Assembly: GCA_964548555.1 (NCBI GenBank)
Contig: CAZJSY010000002.1
Span: forward strand, 43,568-107,567
Reading direction: 5' to 3'
DNA from: an uncultured Burkholderiales bacterium
GTDB taxonomy: Bacteria > Actinomycetota > Acidimicrobiia > IMCC26256 > JAMXLJ01
Length of the DNA stretch: 64,000 bases
Made by a program: the position numbers and the translations under genes. Below, in pieces: positions 1-10,644 of this stretch; the stretch's first letter is position 1, and the number at the start of each line of letters is the position of its first letter. The notes under the pieces are model-generated. The model saw only the letters and a list, made by a program, of their open reading frames with translations, had not been told where the DNA came from and searched no databases.

Positions 1-1091
1 TCGTCGGTGTGCGCGGCCGAGAGCGCGATGCGAAGTCGGGAAGTTCCGGGCGCGACCGTGGGCGGTCGGATCGCCGGGACGAGCAGACCGCGGTCGAGCA
101 GTGCGGCCGACGCCTCGAGCGCGGCGGTCTCGTCGCCACAGAGCACGGCGACGATGGGAGACGGATGCCCTGGTCGCACCCGTTCGACGTGAGCGCGCAG
201 TCGTGCGACGAGGCGCTCGCCCTCGGAGGAGCACAGCACGCGCACTGCCGCGAGCGCAGCCGCCGCGTCGGCCGGCGTCGACGCGGTGGTGAAGATGTAC
301 GACCGTGCCCGGTTCACCAGCAGGTCGACGAGCGGTCGCGGACCCGCGACGAACCCCCCGAGTGCACCGAGCGTCTTCGACAGCGTGCCGACACGCAGGA
401 TGTCGACGCCTGGCACGGCGGCACCCGGTTCGGGTCCGAGGACTGCGTGCGCCTCGTCGACGACGAGCAACGCGCCCGTGTCGCGACAGAGAGCGACGAG
501 GTCGCCGAGCGGCGCGACGTCGCCGTCCATCGAGAAGACCGTGTCGGTGACGACGATCCCACGACGATCGCCAAGCCCGGCGAGCAACGTCGCGACGTGA
601 TCGACGTCGCGGTGTCGGTAGATCGCGACATCGGCGCGCGCGAGCCGGCACCCGTCGATGATCGACGCGTGGTTGAGCTCGTCGGAGCACACCAACGTGC
701 CCGGACCCCCGAACGTGGTGAGGACGCCGAGGTTGGTCGCGAAGCCCGTCGGGAACAGGACCGCGGCGGGCATCCCCTTCCATGCCGCGAGCGCGCATTC
801 CAGCTCGCTGTGCACCGGACGGGACCCGACGATCAGCCGGGCCGAGCCGGCGCCGGCACCCCACCGGTCGAGCGCGGTGTGCGCGGCGGCGACGACCTCC
901 GGATGTTGGGTGAGACCCAGATAGTCGTTGGAGGCGAACGACACGACCGGGCGGCCGTCGGGCCCGAGCTTGCCCTCGGGCCCCGCCGCGTCGAAGTCGC
1001 GCGGCTCGCGCATGCGCCCGGACGCGCGCACGGCACCGAGCTCGTGGGCTGCCCACTCCGACCACCTCGTGTGCTCGCCTGCCTCGCTCAT
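1..1091 (-). CDS. bioF: 8-amino-7-oxononanoate synthase (3' end outside window)
   Basis: Hand translation from ATG at 1091: [10 protein letters not shown]...[16 protein letters not shown]. Start overlaps bioA stop (ATGA). Absent from the ORF track because no stop lies in the window. Confidence 0.9.
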   Translation of the reverse strand, partial: MSEAGEHTRWSEWAAHELGAVRASGRMREPRDFDAAGPEGKLGPDGRPVVSFASNDYLGLTQHPEVVAAAHTALDRWGAGAGSARLIVGSRPVHSELECALAAWKGMPAAVLFPTGFATNLGVLTTFGGPGTLVCSDELNHASIIDGCRLARADVAIYRHRDVDHVATLLAGLGDRRGIVVTDTVFSMDGDVAPLGDLVALCRDTGALLVVDEAHAVLGPEPGAAVPGVDILRVGTLSKTLGALGGFVAGPRPLVDLLVNRARSYIFTTASTPADAAAALAAVRVLCSSEGERLVARLRAHVERVRPGHPSPIVAVLCGDETAALEASAALLDRGLLVPAIRPPTVAPGTSRLRIALSAAHTD

Positions 1092-2383
1092 GACGCAGTC
1101 GTCGAGTGGATCGCGTCGGCGAGCGCGCCCACGATCGTGTGCAACTCCTCCGACGTGACGGTGAGCGGCGGCATCAGCACCACCACGTCGCCGAGCGGAC
1201 GCAGCAGCACGCCCCGTTCCACGGCGGCGCCGCAGACGCGCCGTCCCCATCGCAAACCGTCGCGGGGCGGGGCAAGCTCCACGCCACCCATCAGGCCGCG
1301 CAGGCGGACCTCGCGCACACCGTCGAGGGGTGCGACACGGTCACGCAGGAGACCGTGCAGCTGCGCGGACCGTTCGCGCACGTTGCGCAGCACGTCTCCG
1401 GCCTCGATGAGCTCGAGGTGACGGACCGCCACCGCCGCGGCGAGCGCGTTCCCGCCGTAGGAATGGCCGTGGTACAGCGTCTTCTCGGAGAGGTCGGGAC
1501 CGAGGAACGCGTCGAAGACGCGTTGTGACGCGGCCGTCGCCGACATCGCGAGGTAGCCGCCAGTGATGCCCTTCCCGAGACACAGGAGATCGGGACGAAG
1601 GTCGCACTGCTCCGACGCGAACAGCGTCCCGGTGCGCCCGAACCCGGTGGCGACCTCGTCGCAGACGAGCAACACGTCGTGAGCGCGCAAAGCAGCGGCG
1701 AGATACGCGAAGTCGGCAGGGTCGGCGCACCACATTCCCGCGGCGCCCTGCACCAACGGTTCGATGATCACCGCCGCGAGCTCGGACGCGTGCTGCTCGA
1801 CCAGGCGCGCCGCGCCCCGCGACCATTCGGAGTCGCAATATCCGGGCGCGCGCAACACCGGGAAGCGCAACGGGTCGAACAGATCGGTGCCGAAGCCGCC
1901 GGCGCCTACGGACAGGGCACCGACCGTGTCGCCGTGGTACGCACCGTCGAGGGCGAGGAACTTCGTACGGCCCGGGACGCCGATGTTGGCCCAGTACTGG
2001 AAGGCGATCTTGAGAGCCTGCTCCACTGCCGATGCACCGTCGGACGCGAAGAGGAAGTGGGGCCGGTCGACGGGCACCACACGGGCCAGAGCTTCCGCGA
2101 GCTCCACGACCACGCGGTTGCCGTTGCCGAGCATGGTGGTGTGCGCGCCCCGGTCGATCTGTTCACGCAACGCGTCGTCGAGCTCAGGGACGCGGTGCCC
2201 GAGCGTGGTGACCCACAGCGACGAGATCGCGTCGAGGTACCGGCGGCCGTCGACGTCGACGAGCTCGTGCCCGTCGGTGTGATCGACCACGACGGGCATG
2301 TTGTCCGCGTAGGTCGACATCTGGGTGAATCCGTGCCACACGACGGATGCGTCGCGCAGCACCCAGTCGTCGTGCTGACCCAT
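1088..2383 (-). CDS. bioA: Adenosylmethionine-8-amino-7-oxononanoate aminotransferase
   Basis: VWHGFTQM, DAISSLW, AYHGDT, DEVATGFGRTG, LGKGITGG, HGHSY class-III PLP motifs; start MGQHDD. Confidence 0.93.
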   Translation of the reverse strand: MGQHDDWVLRDASVVWHGFTQMSTYADNMPVVVDHTDGHELVDVDGRRYLDAISSLWVTTLGHRVPELDDALREQIDRGAHTTMLGNGNRVVVELAEALARVVPVDRPHFLFASDGASAVEQALKIAFQYWANIGVPGRTKFLALDGAYHGDTVGALSVGAGGFGTDLFDPLRFPVLRAPGYCDSEWSRGAARLVEQHASELAAVIIEPLVQGAAGMWCADPADFAYLAAALRAHDVLLVCDEVATGFGRTGTLFASEQCDLRPDLLCLGKGITGGYLAMSATAASQRVFDAFLGPDLSEKTLYHGHSYGGNALAAAVAVRHLELIEAGDVLRNVRERSAQLHGLLRDRVAPLDGVREVRLRGLMGGVELAPPRDGLRWGRRVCGAAVERGVLLRPLGDVVVLMPPLTVTSEELHTIVGALADAIHSTTAS

Positions 2384-2468
2384 CGGCGACGAATAGTAGG
2401 GCGAGGTGATTCGGGACCTCGGGGCCGAGCCGGGGAGCCGCTGTGGAGGCTGGAGTACGTTCCCCCGC

Positions 2469-3221
2469 ATGGAACTGCGGGGGGCGGTCGGCCTCGTGAC
2501 CGGCGGCGCGAGCGGCATCGGTCGGGCGACGGTGGCTCGGCTACGCGACGCGGGTGCGCGCGTCGCCGTCCTCGACGTGCAGGAGACGCCCGACGAGGTC
2601 GAGCTCGCGCTGCACTGTGACGTCACCGACGAGTACTCGGTCACGGGTGCGGTCGCCGACGTCGTCGCGCAGCTGGGCCCACCTGATGTCGCGGTACTCG
2701 CAGCCGGCGTCGGCGGGGCGTCACCGTTACTGGAGATGACGTCCGAGGAGTGGGACCGTGTGCAGCGCGTGAATGTCCGTGGCGTGTTCCTGACGCTTCG
2801 CGAGTCCGCTCGGGCCATGGTCGGACACGGGCGCCACGGAGCGATCGTCGCGGTGGGTTCGATCTCCGGGATCGTGAGCGATCGACTCATGAGCCACTAC
2901 GCGGCATCGAAGGCCGCTGTGCACCACCTCGTCCGCGTGGCGGCGGCCGAGCTCGGCGTCCACGGAGTGCGGGTGAACGCGGTGGCCCCCGGAACCACTG
3001 ATACGCCGATGTTCGGCGCAACCGAGCGCCTGCCCGGCTACCGCGAGCGGGTTGCGTCACGCGCCGCGCTGCGCCGGGTCGGCACCGCTGACGAGGTCGC
3101 GCAGGCGATCGTCGCGATCGCGACCCTCGACTGGGTTACCGGTCAGATCGTCGCCGCCGACGGCGGCGTGATGCTGCGCAGTCCCATCGACCCCGCGGAG
3201 TCGCTCCCGGAGGACACGTGA
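2469..3221 (+). CDS. SDR family oxidoreductase
   Basis: TGGASGIG, YAASK, VNAVAPG; TACGTT -10 seven nt before ATG. Confidence 0.9.
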   Translation: MELRGAVGLVTGGASGIGRATVARLRDAGARVAVLDVQETPDEVELALHCDVTDEYSVTGAVADVVAQLGPPDVAVLAAGVGGASPLLEMTSEEWDRVQRVNVRGVFLTLRESARAMVGHGRHGAIVAVGSISGIVSDRLMSHYAASKAAVHHLVRVAAAELGVHGVRVNAVAPGTTDTPMFGATERLPGYRERVASRAALRRVGTADEVAQAIVAIATLDWVTGQIVAADGGVMLRSPIDPAESLPEDT

Positions 3222-3667
3222 CGGCACGGGTGCACCACAGCGCGCTCTGCACGGGCGATCTCGAGGCGTCGCTGCGCTTCTACCGCGACGGCCTCGGTCT
3301 CGACGTGTTGATGGATCACGAGTTCGACGGCGCCTGGAGCACCTTGTTCGGGACGCGCTCCGACCGCCTCCGTTCGGTGTTCCTCGGTGATGCGGCGCGA
3401 CCCGACGGCGGCATCGTGGAGCTCGTCGTCTTCGACAGGGGCGTCGAGCGGGGGCCCGCGGCCGGACCGCCGGCGACGGGCTTCTTCCTCCTCTCGTTGT
3501 ACGTCGATGTCGACGCCACCCTCGACCGGCTGCGCGCGATGGGGCTCGGCGGCGAACCGCGCCGTATCGAAGTCCCGGGGTTGCACGGGCCGGTCGCGAT
3601 GGCGACGGTCCGCGACCCCGACGGCGTGCTGGTCGAGCTGATCGAGTCGTCGGCGGCCGGCTCGTGA
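3218..3667 (+). CDS. VOC/glyoxalase family protein
   Basis: VHHSAL...FYRDGLG...RDPDGVLVELIE. Confidence 0.85.
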   Translation: MTARVHHSALCTGDLEASLRFYRDGLGLDVLMDHEFDGAWSTLFGTRSDRLRSVFLGDAARPDGGIVELVVFDRGVERGPAAGPPATGFFLLSLYVDVDATLDRLRAMGLGGEPRRIEVPGLHGPVAMATVRDPDGVLVELIESSAAGS

Positions 3668-4476
3668 AGGGCGAATACGAGCCGATCGAGCGGTCCGAGC
3701 TCCTGCGCGCCGGCGACCTGAACGTGCTCGAGGTGCTGCGCCAGTTCGCCCGATCCCACCCTCAGGGTGTCGTGCACGAGGCCGATGGCGTCACGATGTT
3801 CGCCGGCTCGCCGGCCTGGCCGGGTCCGTTCGACAACGGCGTGTTGGCGCTCGACCCGCGTATCGACCCTTCCGAGGTGCTCGCACACGCCCGTGACTTC
3901 TTCGGTGGCTTGGGCCGCGCGTACTGCGTGTGGGCCGGAGACCATCTCGATCCCGCGATCGAGGAGGCCGCCCGCGACGCGGGCTTCGCGTCGCTCGGTG
4001 ACGGAACCCCTCAGATGGTTTTACCGCGGCGGCTGCCGGACGCAGTCCCGCCGCCCGGCGTCACGTTGCGAATGGTCGACGACGATCACACACGCCGCGA
4101 CTACATCACCGTGCTGCAACACTCGTTCACCCCTTCGCAAGGCACACCCGCGGACCTGTACGAAGGTGTCTTTCCCGATGTGGAGGCCCTGCACGGGCCG
4201 CACACCCGCGCCGTCGTCGCGTATCTCGACGGCGCGCCCGTGTCGGGCGCGTTCGTGCTCGTGAGCCACGGAGTCGCCGGTGTGCAGTACGTCGGAACCG
4301 TGCAGCGAGCGCGCGGTCGCGGGCTGGGCGAGCTGGTCACGCGGGCAGTCGGCAACGCCGGCTTCGACCTCGGTGCGCGGGTCGCCGCGCTGCAGGCGAG
4401 CGAGATGGGAGAGCCCGTGTACCGGCGCATGGGCTACGAGACCGTCACGTACTACCGCTACTACCTCGCCGGCTAG
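3664..4476 (+). CDS. GNAT family acetyltransferase
   Basis: C-terminal VGT..RARGRGLG...LQAS.MG..VYRRMGY acetyl-CoA motif. Confidence 0.85.
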   Translation: MKGEYEPIERSELLRAGDLNVLEVLRQFARSHPQGVVHEADGVTMFAGSPAWPGPFDNGVLALDPRIDPSEVLAHARDFFGGLGRAYCVWAGDHLDPAIEEAARDAGFASLGDGTPQMVLPRRLPDAVPPPGVTLRMVDDDHTRRDYITVLQHSFTPSQGTPADLYEGVFPDVEALHGPHTRAVVAYLDGAPVSGAFVLVSHGVAGVQYVGTVQRARGRGLGELVTRAVGNAGFDLGARVAALQASEMGEPVYRRMGYETVTYYRYYLAG

Positions 4477-4518
4477 CACCACAGCCCCATCAGTTGGGAG
4501 GCATCACCCAACCATCGT

Positions 4519-4565
4519 CAGTTGGGACACTTGTTCGTTCATACAGCGAAGAAGTGTCCCAACTG
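4519..4565. repeat. 14-bp perfect inverted repeat (REP-like or bidirectional terminator) between convergent genes
   Basis: CAGTTGGGACACTT (4519-4532) / AAGTGTCCCAACTG (4552-4565). Confidence 0.7.
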
Positions 4566-4591
4566 GCCGCGGTGGTTCGGCCGGTTGTGGT

Positions 4592-5356
4592 TCAGCCGGC
4601 GATCGTCGTGCCGCCGTCGACCACCAGCGTCTGGCCGGTCATGTGCGAGGCGTCGTCCGACAGCAGGAACGCGGCCACCGATGCGAGCTGCTCCGGTTGC
4701 GCGACCTTCTGCAGCGGGATACGCCGCTTCGCCTGCTCGATCGCCTCGGGGGTGGAGTGCACACCTCCGGTCATCGGGGTGTCGACACTGCCCGGGCAGA
4801 TGCAGTTCGCGCGGACGCCCCTGGGCCCGTACTGCACGGCGACGAGCCGGGTGAGCGCGTCGACGCCGCCCTTGCTGGCGGTGTAGCCCGACCCGAAGCC
4901 GTGGCCGCGCAGGGCCGCGGTGGACGCGATCGTCACGAGTGCTCCACGGCGTTCGACGAGGTGCGGTAGCGAGTGCTTCATCGCGAGGAACGTGCCGATC
5001 AGGTTGACGCCGAGCACGGCCGTGAACGCGTCGAGACTCACGTCGGCGGCGGGCTGAAAATCGCCGGGATGGAAGATGCCCGCGCTGCTCACGAGACCCG
5101 ACAACGGTCCGGCTTCGCGCACGAGTTCGGCGACGGCGCGCTCGACGTCGGCCTCCCGGCTCACGTCGCCCGCGATCGCGACGCACGGGCCTCCGTCGCG
5201 GGCCGCGTCACGCGCCGTCCCCTCCGCGTGGTCGACGTCGCGGTCGAGCACACCGACGGCGGCTCCTTCCGCCGCGAGCCGCAGCGCGGTCGCGCGGCCG
5301 ATGCCGCTGCCTCCTCCCGTCACCAACACGACGTGGCCTTCGAAGCGCCGCTCCAT
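4592..5356 (-). CDS. SDR family oxidoreductase
   Basis: MERRFEGHVVLVTGGGSGIG, YTASK, ANCICPG. Confidence 0.9.
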   Translation of the reverse strand: MERRFEGHVVLVTGGGSGIGRATALRLAAEGAAVGVLDRDVDHAEGTARDAARDGGPCVAIAGDVSREADVERAVAELVREAGPLSGLVSSAGIFHPGDFQPAADVSLDAFTAVLGVNLIGTFLAMKHSLPHLVERRGALVTIASTAALRGHGFGSGYTASKGGVDALTRLVAVQYGPRGVRANCICPGSVDTPMTGGVHSTPEAIEQAKRRIPLQKVAQPEQLASVAAFLLSDDASHMTGQTLVVDGGTTIAG

Positions 5357-5404
5357 GCGCGGCAGCGTACCGGGTAACGTGACGGCCACGTCAGGAAACG
5401 GGGG

Positions 5405-6217
5405 GTGCAGGTGCCCGACGCCGAGAACACGAGTGCCGCGAACACGAAGGCGGTACACGACATGCACGGCGTCGCCGGTCGGGTCGTGATCGTCACCGGC
5501 GCGGGGCAGGGCGTCGGTCGGGGCATCGCCCACCACCTCGGCAAGGGTGGAGCGAGCGTCGTGGTCGCGGAATGGAGGCCCGACACGATGCAGCGCACCG
5601 TCGACGAGCTCGCCGATCTCGGCGTGCCGGTGCTCGGTGTTCAGTGCGACATCAACCGACAGGAGCAGATCCAGTCGATGGTCGGCGCCGCCGTCGACCG
5701 CTTCGGCAAGGTGGACGGCCTCGTCAACAACGCGCAGACGTTCCGCCCGATGGCACCGATCGCCGACGTCACCGAGGACGACCTCGACGTGTTCTACCGG
5801 TCGGGTGTGAAGGGCTCACTGTGGGCGATGCAGGCTGTCCATCCCCATATGAAGGCACAAGGCTGGGGCCGGATCGTCAACTTCGCGTCTTCGATGGGCA
5901 TCACCGGTGGGCGCGGCTTCGCGGCGTACAACGCGTCCAAGGAGGCGATCCGCGCGCTCACGCGCACCGCGGCACGCGAGTGGGCGCTCGACGGCATCGT
6001 CGTGAACGCGATCGCTCCCGCCGCGGCGACGCACCACGGGCGCGGCGGACAGCAGAGCGAGGGCTACCGCATCTTCATCGAGAACTGTCCGATGCAGCGC
6101 CAAGGTGATCCCGAGCTCGACATCGCCCCGATCGCGCTCTTCCTGTGCAGCGACGCGTGCCGCTACCTCACCGGCCACACGTTCATGGCCGACGGCGGCG
6201 CGTTCATGTGGGCTTAG
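5405..6217 (+). CDS. SDR family oxidoreductase
   Basis: TGAGQGVG, VNNA, YNASK; alternative start 5462. Confidence 0.9.
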   Translation: MQVPDAENTSAANTKAVHDMHGVAGRVVIVTGAGQGVGRGIAHHLGKGGASVVVAEWRPDTMQRTVDELADLGVPVLGVQCDINRQEQIQSMVGAAVDRFGKVDGLVNNAQTFRPMAPIADVTEDDLDVFYRSGVKGSLWAMQAVHPHMKAQGWGRIVNFASSMGITGGRGFAAYNASKEAIRALTRTAAREWALDGIVVNAIAPAAATHHGRGGQQSEGYRIFIENCPMQRQGDPELDIAPIALFLCSDACRYLTGHTFMADGGAFMWA

Positions 6218-6732
6218 TGGAGCCGGTCGCCGGCATCGCGTCGGGCCCGGACGTGCTCGACCGCGACGGGTATCGCTTCGTCACTGCGGTGGAGAGCACG
6301 CCCGACGATTTCGACACGCAGGGTCATCTCAACAATGTCGCCGCCGTGCGTTACTTCCAGGACCTGCGCATCGCATTCGTGATGGCGCGCCTCGCGCCGC
6401 GCTGGACGACCCACTTGCGCGACAACGGTCTCGTGCTCGTGGCCCGTGAGCTCCACGTGCTCTACGAGAGCGAGGGCATGCCGGGCGAGCGCTTCGTCGG
6501 CGGCGTGCGGATCCGTATCCGCCAGGGCAAGGCGGGGATCATGGAGGAGCGACTGGTCGAAGCGTCGACGGGCCGCGCGGTCGCGCGGGCGTGGGTCGTG
6601 CAACTGGTCGTGCAGTCCGGCCGGGTGGTGGAGTACCCGGACTGGTACTGGGACCTTCTGGCGAGGGCTGAAGGCACGCCCCTACGTGAGCTCGACGCCG
6701 GTGCGCGCGCGCCGTGGGGCCCGCCCAGCTGA
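6217..6732 (+). CDS. 4HBT-like acyl-CoA thioesterase
   Basis: DFDTQGHLNNV hotdog motif; GTG overlaps previous stop. Confidence 0.8.
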   Translation: MEPVAGIASGPDVLDRDGYRFVTAVESTPDDFDTQGHLNNVAAVRYFQDLRIAFVMARLAPRWTTHLRDNGLVLVARELHVLYESEGMPGERFVGGVRIRIRQGKAGIMEERLVEASTGRAVARAWVVQLVVQSGRVVEYPDWYWDLLARAEGTPLRELDAGARAPWGPPS

Positions 6733-6759
6733 CGTCCACACAAGGTGGACGCGAACTGC

Positions 6760-7572
6760 TCAGGCCGGCACGTCCAGACGCTCGAGCGTCTCCGTGAGCC
6801 AGTCGACGCTGCGGCGGATCGCCGGCCCGTAACCCTCGTCCTCGATGCGCGGGCCGATGAGCTCGATGTCGAAGCTGCCGGGGTATCCCGCGTCGAGCAC
6901 GTCTCGCAGGATGCGGTCGATCGGTATGTCGCCGTCGCCGGGGACGAGCCGGTTCGGCGTGTTCAACGTGCCCACCGCGTAATCGCTCACCTGCACGAGC
7001 GCGATCGTGTCGACACCGTCGCGGATCGTGTCGCGCAGCCCGCGTTCGGCCCAGCAGGCATTGATCTCCATGCACACATGCGTGCCGAGGCGTCGCGCGA
7101 GGTCGATGTCGTCGGCGAGCGTGTGCACGAATCCGACGTCGACCCGCAGTGGGTTGGTGTGCTCGATGGCAAAGGTGATCCCCCGGGAGCGGGACTCGGC
7201 GAGCAGCGGGCCCATCGCGTCCTGCAGCGCGCCGGCCGCTTCCTCCCACGTGAGCGCGCCGGCCGGTCCCGTCGTGAACACCAGACACTGCGGCCTGAAC
7301 GTGGCCGAGGCGTCGAGCGCGCGTTCGAGCCGTTCCCGCTGACGATCCCACTGCTCGGGGTTCGACAGGTGGAACGGACCGAGGCCGATCAGGTTGGCGA
7401 CGTGGATCCCCGAGTCCACGATGCGTTTCACGCCCTCGTCCCAACCGAAGCGTTCGAGCTTCGCGACCGATACGCCGACGTTGACGATCCCCGACTCGGC
7501 GTAGAAGGCGAGGTCCTGATCGAGCGACCACTGGAAGCTCGAGATTGCGCTGACGGAGATGCGTGGGTGCAC
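6760..7572 (-). CDS. Sugar-phosphate isomerase/epimerase (xylose-isomerase-like TIM barrel)
   Basis: AIEHTN, VQVSD, RLVPGDGDI, GY.G.FDIE. Confidence 0.8.
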   Translation of the reverse strand: MHPRISVSAISSFQWSLDQDLAFYAESGIVNVGVSVAKLERFGWDEGVKRIVDSGIHVANLIGLGPFHLSNPEQWDRQRERLERALDASATFRPQCLVFTTGPAGALTWEEAAGALQDAMGPLLAESRSRGITFAIEHTNPLRVDVGFVHTLADDIDLARRLGTHVCMEINACWAERGLRDTIRDGVDTIALVQVSDYAVGTLNTPNRLVPGDGDIPIDRILRDVLDAGYPGSFDIELIGPRIEDEGYGPAIRRSVDWLTETLERLDVPA

Positions 7573-7583
7573 CGGAACGGACC

Positions 7584-8354
7584 TCAACCGAGCAGGAGAC
7601 CGCGGGCAATGCTGCTGCCTCCGTCGAGCGGGAGGTTCACGCCGGTCACGAACTCCGACTCCCGGCTCGCGAAGTAGACGGCTGCCGCGGCCACGTCGCC
7701 CGCGACACCGAGTCGTGTGAGGTGCATTCCCTCCATCCGGGCGCGCCGTTCGGGCGACATGCCGGCGTCGCGCCGCTCGTTCAGCACGTAGCCGGGGCTG
7801 ATCGTGTTGCAGCGGATCCCCTGCTTCGCGTAGTCGACCGCGATGGATCGTGTGAGCGCGTTGAGACCGCCTTTGCTCGCGATGTACGCCGCAAACCCGG
7901 GGCTTGCACGCTCGGCCTGACGGCTCGAGATGTTGAGGATCGACCCGTGCCCCGTGCCGACCATGTGCGGGATCGCCGCCCGGCACAACCACATCGCCGC
8001 GGTGAGGTTGACGCGCACGATCGCCTCCCAATCGGGCGTGGCGACGTCACCGACCGGACCGTCACGACCGGCGGTGCCCGCGACCGCGTTGTTCACGAGC
8101 ACCGTCAGGCCACCGAACCGCTCGGCAGCGCGCGCGACGAGCGACACACACGCGCCTTCGTCGTTGAGATCCGCGGCGAAGAACTCCGCTTCCCCTCCCG
8201 CGGCGGCGACCGCTTCGACGACGGCTTTGCCGCGAGCGCTGTCACGCCCCGTCACGGCGACGCGGGCCCCCTCGGCCCCGAACCGCCGCGCGATCTCCTT
8301 GCCGATACCCGCGGTCGATCCGGTGACCAGCGCGATCTCCCCGGCCAGGCGCAC
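7584..8354 (-). CDS. SDR family oxidoreductase
   Basis: TGSTAGIG, LVNNA, YIASK. Confidence 0.9.
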   Translation of the reverse strand: MRLAGEIALVTGSTAGIGKEIARRFGAEGARVAVTGRDSARGKAVVEAVAAAGGEAEFFAADLNDEGACVSLVARAAERFGGLTVLVNNAVAGTAGRDGPVGDVATPDWEAIVRVNLTAAMWLCRAAIPHMVGTGHGSILNISSRQAERASPGFAAYIASKGGLNALTRSIAVDYAKQGIRCNTISPGYVLNERRDAGMSPERRARMEGMHLTRLGVAGDVAAAAVYFASRESEFVTGVNLPLDGGSSIARGLLLG

Positions 8355-8445
8355 GGTGCCCCCTGTCAGATCATGTGACGGCTGCGTCAGGCTAGCGGTG
8401 CCGCTCCAGCCCGGGACGGGAGGGGAAACGACGGGCCGTCGCTGC

Positions 8446-9369
8446 TCACCACGCCACCTCGGCGCAGCCCTCGTGGGTGTCGGGCTCCACCTGCAGGGTG
8501 GCGTGTGGGATCTCGTAGTCGTCGCGCAGCACCTCCCGCGCCCGATCGAGCACCGCGTGGCTGTCGACGCCGGCCCCGACCATGAGGTGCGCCGACATCA
8601 CGTGCATCTCGGAGGTGAGCGTCCAGACGTGGACGTCATGTACGTCGACCACACCCGGCAACTGCTCGAGGTGACGGCGCAGCTCGTCGACGTCGACGTG
8701 AGGAGGCGCAGCTTGGAGCAGGATGCGCAGCGCCTGTCCACCGACCCTGATCGCGCGCGGAAGGATGAACAGCGCGACCGTCGCGCCGACGATGGGGTCG
8801 ACAAGCCGCCATCCCGCCGTGACCAGGACGACGGCCGCGATGATCGTGCCGACGGAGCCGAGTGTGTCGGCGACGACTTCCAGGAACGCGCCCTGTACGT
8901 TGAGGCTTTCGCTGGCCCCGTTGCGCAACAACGCGAGCGCGACGACGTTCGCTACGAGGCCGACGCTCGCGACGACGAGCACGGGGACGGCCACGACATG
9001 GGGCGGGTGCGAGAACCGCAACACCGCCTCCACGAACACGTAGCCCGAGACGCCGAGCAGCAGGACCGCGTTCACGAGCGCGGCCAGGATCTCGAGCCGA
9101 TAGTGACCGTAGGTACGAGCCGGGTCGCGAGGAGGGCGGGACGCGACCTGGATCGCGGCGAGCGCGAGGCCGAGGCCCGCGGCATCGGTCAGGACATGGC
9201 CCGCGTCCGACAGCAACGCGAGCGAGTTCGTGAGCACTGCCGTGACGATCTCGACGAGGAAGACGAGGATGCCGAGTCCGAGCGCGATCAGCAGCGGGCG
9301 TCGGTGACGCGCCGCGGCACTCTGCACCGCGCCGTGGCTGTGGCCGGCATGTGAGCCGTCGGGAGTCAA
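8446..9369 (-). CDS. Cation diffusion facilitator (CzcD/ZitB-like)
   Basis: HAGHSH N-terminus, SLALLSDAGHVLTD, TYG..RLE, HDVHVW, HATLQVE; start approximate. Confidence 0.9.
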   Translation of the reverse strand: MTPDGSHAGHSHGAVQSAAARHRRPLLIALGLGILVFLVEIVTAVLTNSLALLSDAGHVLTDAAGLGLALAAIQVASRPPRDPARTYGHYRLEILAALVNAVLLLGVSGYVFVEAVLRFSHPPHVVAVPVLVVASVGLVANVVALALLRNGASESLNVQGAFLEVVADTLGSVGTIIAAVVLVTAGWRLVDPIVGATVALFILPRAIRVGGQALRILLQAAPPHVDVDELRRHLEQLPGVVDVHDVHVWTLTSEMHVMSAHLMVGAGVDSHAVLDRAREVLRDDYEIPHATLQVEPDTHEGCAEVAW

Positions 9370-9421
9370 CGGTTGCTCCGCGTCGCGGTCACGCGATCGA
9401 CTGTACCGGCCCCCGGCGGGC

Positions 9422-10531
9422 CTATCGCCGCTGTGTGCTGGGGACGTGCAGCTCGCCCGGAACGTTCGACCGCCCGCCGCGTGACGCCGTGCGCGTTCGC
9501 GCATCGGGCTGCACAGTCTGAGGACGGCGCAGCCTCCACCCGCTCGCGACGACGAGTCCCAGTCCGAGCCCCAGCGCCGCCATCACGAGCGTGCGCGCGA
9601 CCCCGGCCGGCAGTGTCGACGGGATCTGCGAACGGCTCAGCGTCGTGACGTCGGCGAGTCCGCCGGCGATGAAGAGGAAGACGGCGGAGATGAGCACGAC
9701 CGGCGTGGCGTCGTACGGATCGCGGCGACGGATCAGCGCCAGCGCTCCCAAACCGACGATACAGCCTGCCAACGAGTACAGGCTCGAACCGGTCTTCGAG
9801 ACGGTCGACGCCGTGCTCGCACCCCACAGTCCCGCGATGTGCGCGGCCTCGGCGCCGACGAGCAGCGCGAGCGCGACCGCGAGCGCGATCGGCCAGCGCC
9901 GTGTGCGGGACGCCACGGTGACGGACGCGGCGATGCCCACCGCACCCAGCGTCCAGGGCAACGGTGACGGAGGTGGGATCCAGACGACGTCGCCGGTCGC
10001 GTTCGCCTGCATCGACCCGTATGTCATCGGCACCTGCCATCCGGCGATGACGACGTGACGGTGCGAACTGTCGCTCGTGACCTCGGGCGGTGGTGAAGAG
10101 CCCATCCAATGGGCGCGGTGGTCGTGCCAGGCGACCTTGGATGCCGTGGAGATTTGCCGCCATGTGGGCGCCGCGTTCGGGTCGACGGGGGCCGGCGGCG
10201 CGCCCGTGGGCGTCGTCGCGCGGTTGAGCAGCACGGCAGGCGACCACGTGTTCTCGAAGACGCCGCGTGGCCCCACACGCAGGTACGGCTCGTTCTGGTA
10301 GCCGCGGATCACGACGTCGACCGGCGTGGAATTGGTCAGCTCGAGCTTGCCGCCGAGGTCGACGGCGCGTACGCGGACGCCCGGGATCGGGGGCACGACG
10401 CCCCGCACGGTCGTGCGGTAGTCGGTCGGTTGGAGACCGCTCACCCCGTGCGCCCACGCCGGCGCGGCATTCATCACGAGCGCGGCCGCCGCTACGGCGG
10501 CGAGCACCACGGCGCGCAGGATACGGGCCAC
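9422..10531 (-). CDS. Exported/membrane protein with predicted N-terminal His, putative metal-binding
   Basis: Signal peptide AWA|HG, WHDHRAHW motif, about 5 C-terminal TM segments. Confidence 0.7.
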   Translation of the reverse strand: MARILRAVVLAAVAAAALVMNAAPAWAHGVSGLQPTDYRTTVRGVVPPIPGVRVRAVDLGGKLELTNSTPVDVVIRGYQNEPYLRVGPRGVFENTWSPAVLLNRATTPTGAPPAPVDPNAAPTWRQISTASKVAWHDHRAHWMGSSPPPEVTSDSSHRHVVIAGWQVPMTYGSMQANATGDVVWIPPPSPLPWTLGAVGIAASVTVASRTRRWPIALAVALALLVGAEAAHIAGLWGASTASTVSKTGSSLYSLAGCIVGLGALALIRRRDPYDATPVVLISAVFLFIAGGLADVTTLSRSQIPSTLPAGVARTLVMAALGLGLGLVVASGWRLRRPQTVQPDARTRTASRGGRSNVPGELHVPSTQRR

Positions 10532-10644
10532 GGCCCGATCATCGCGCCCGGGTCGGTCTCCGCCTCGATCGACCGCCCCGTCACCGTGCGTTCGCGCGTC
10601 GCGCCAACCCCGGTGACGTCCGCCCGACCGCGTCGGGGGGCAAG

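Noticed and set aside
9-1421. 470-aa + strand ORF and many other long Arg/Ala-rich ORFs (e.g. 26153-28372, 39315-40883, 50154-51653)
   Set aside because: Antisense or off-frame shadows of recognisable genes, expected in high-GC DNA
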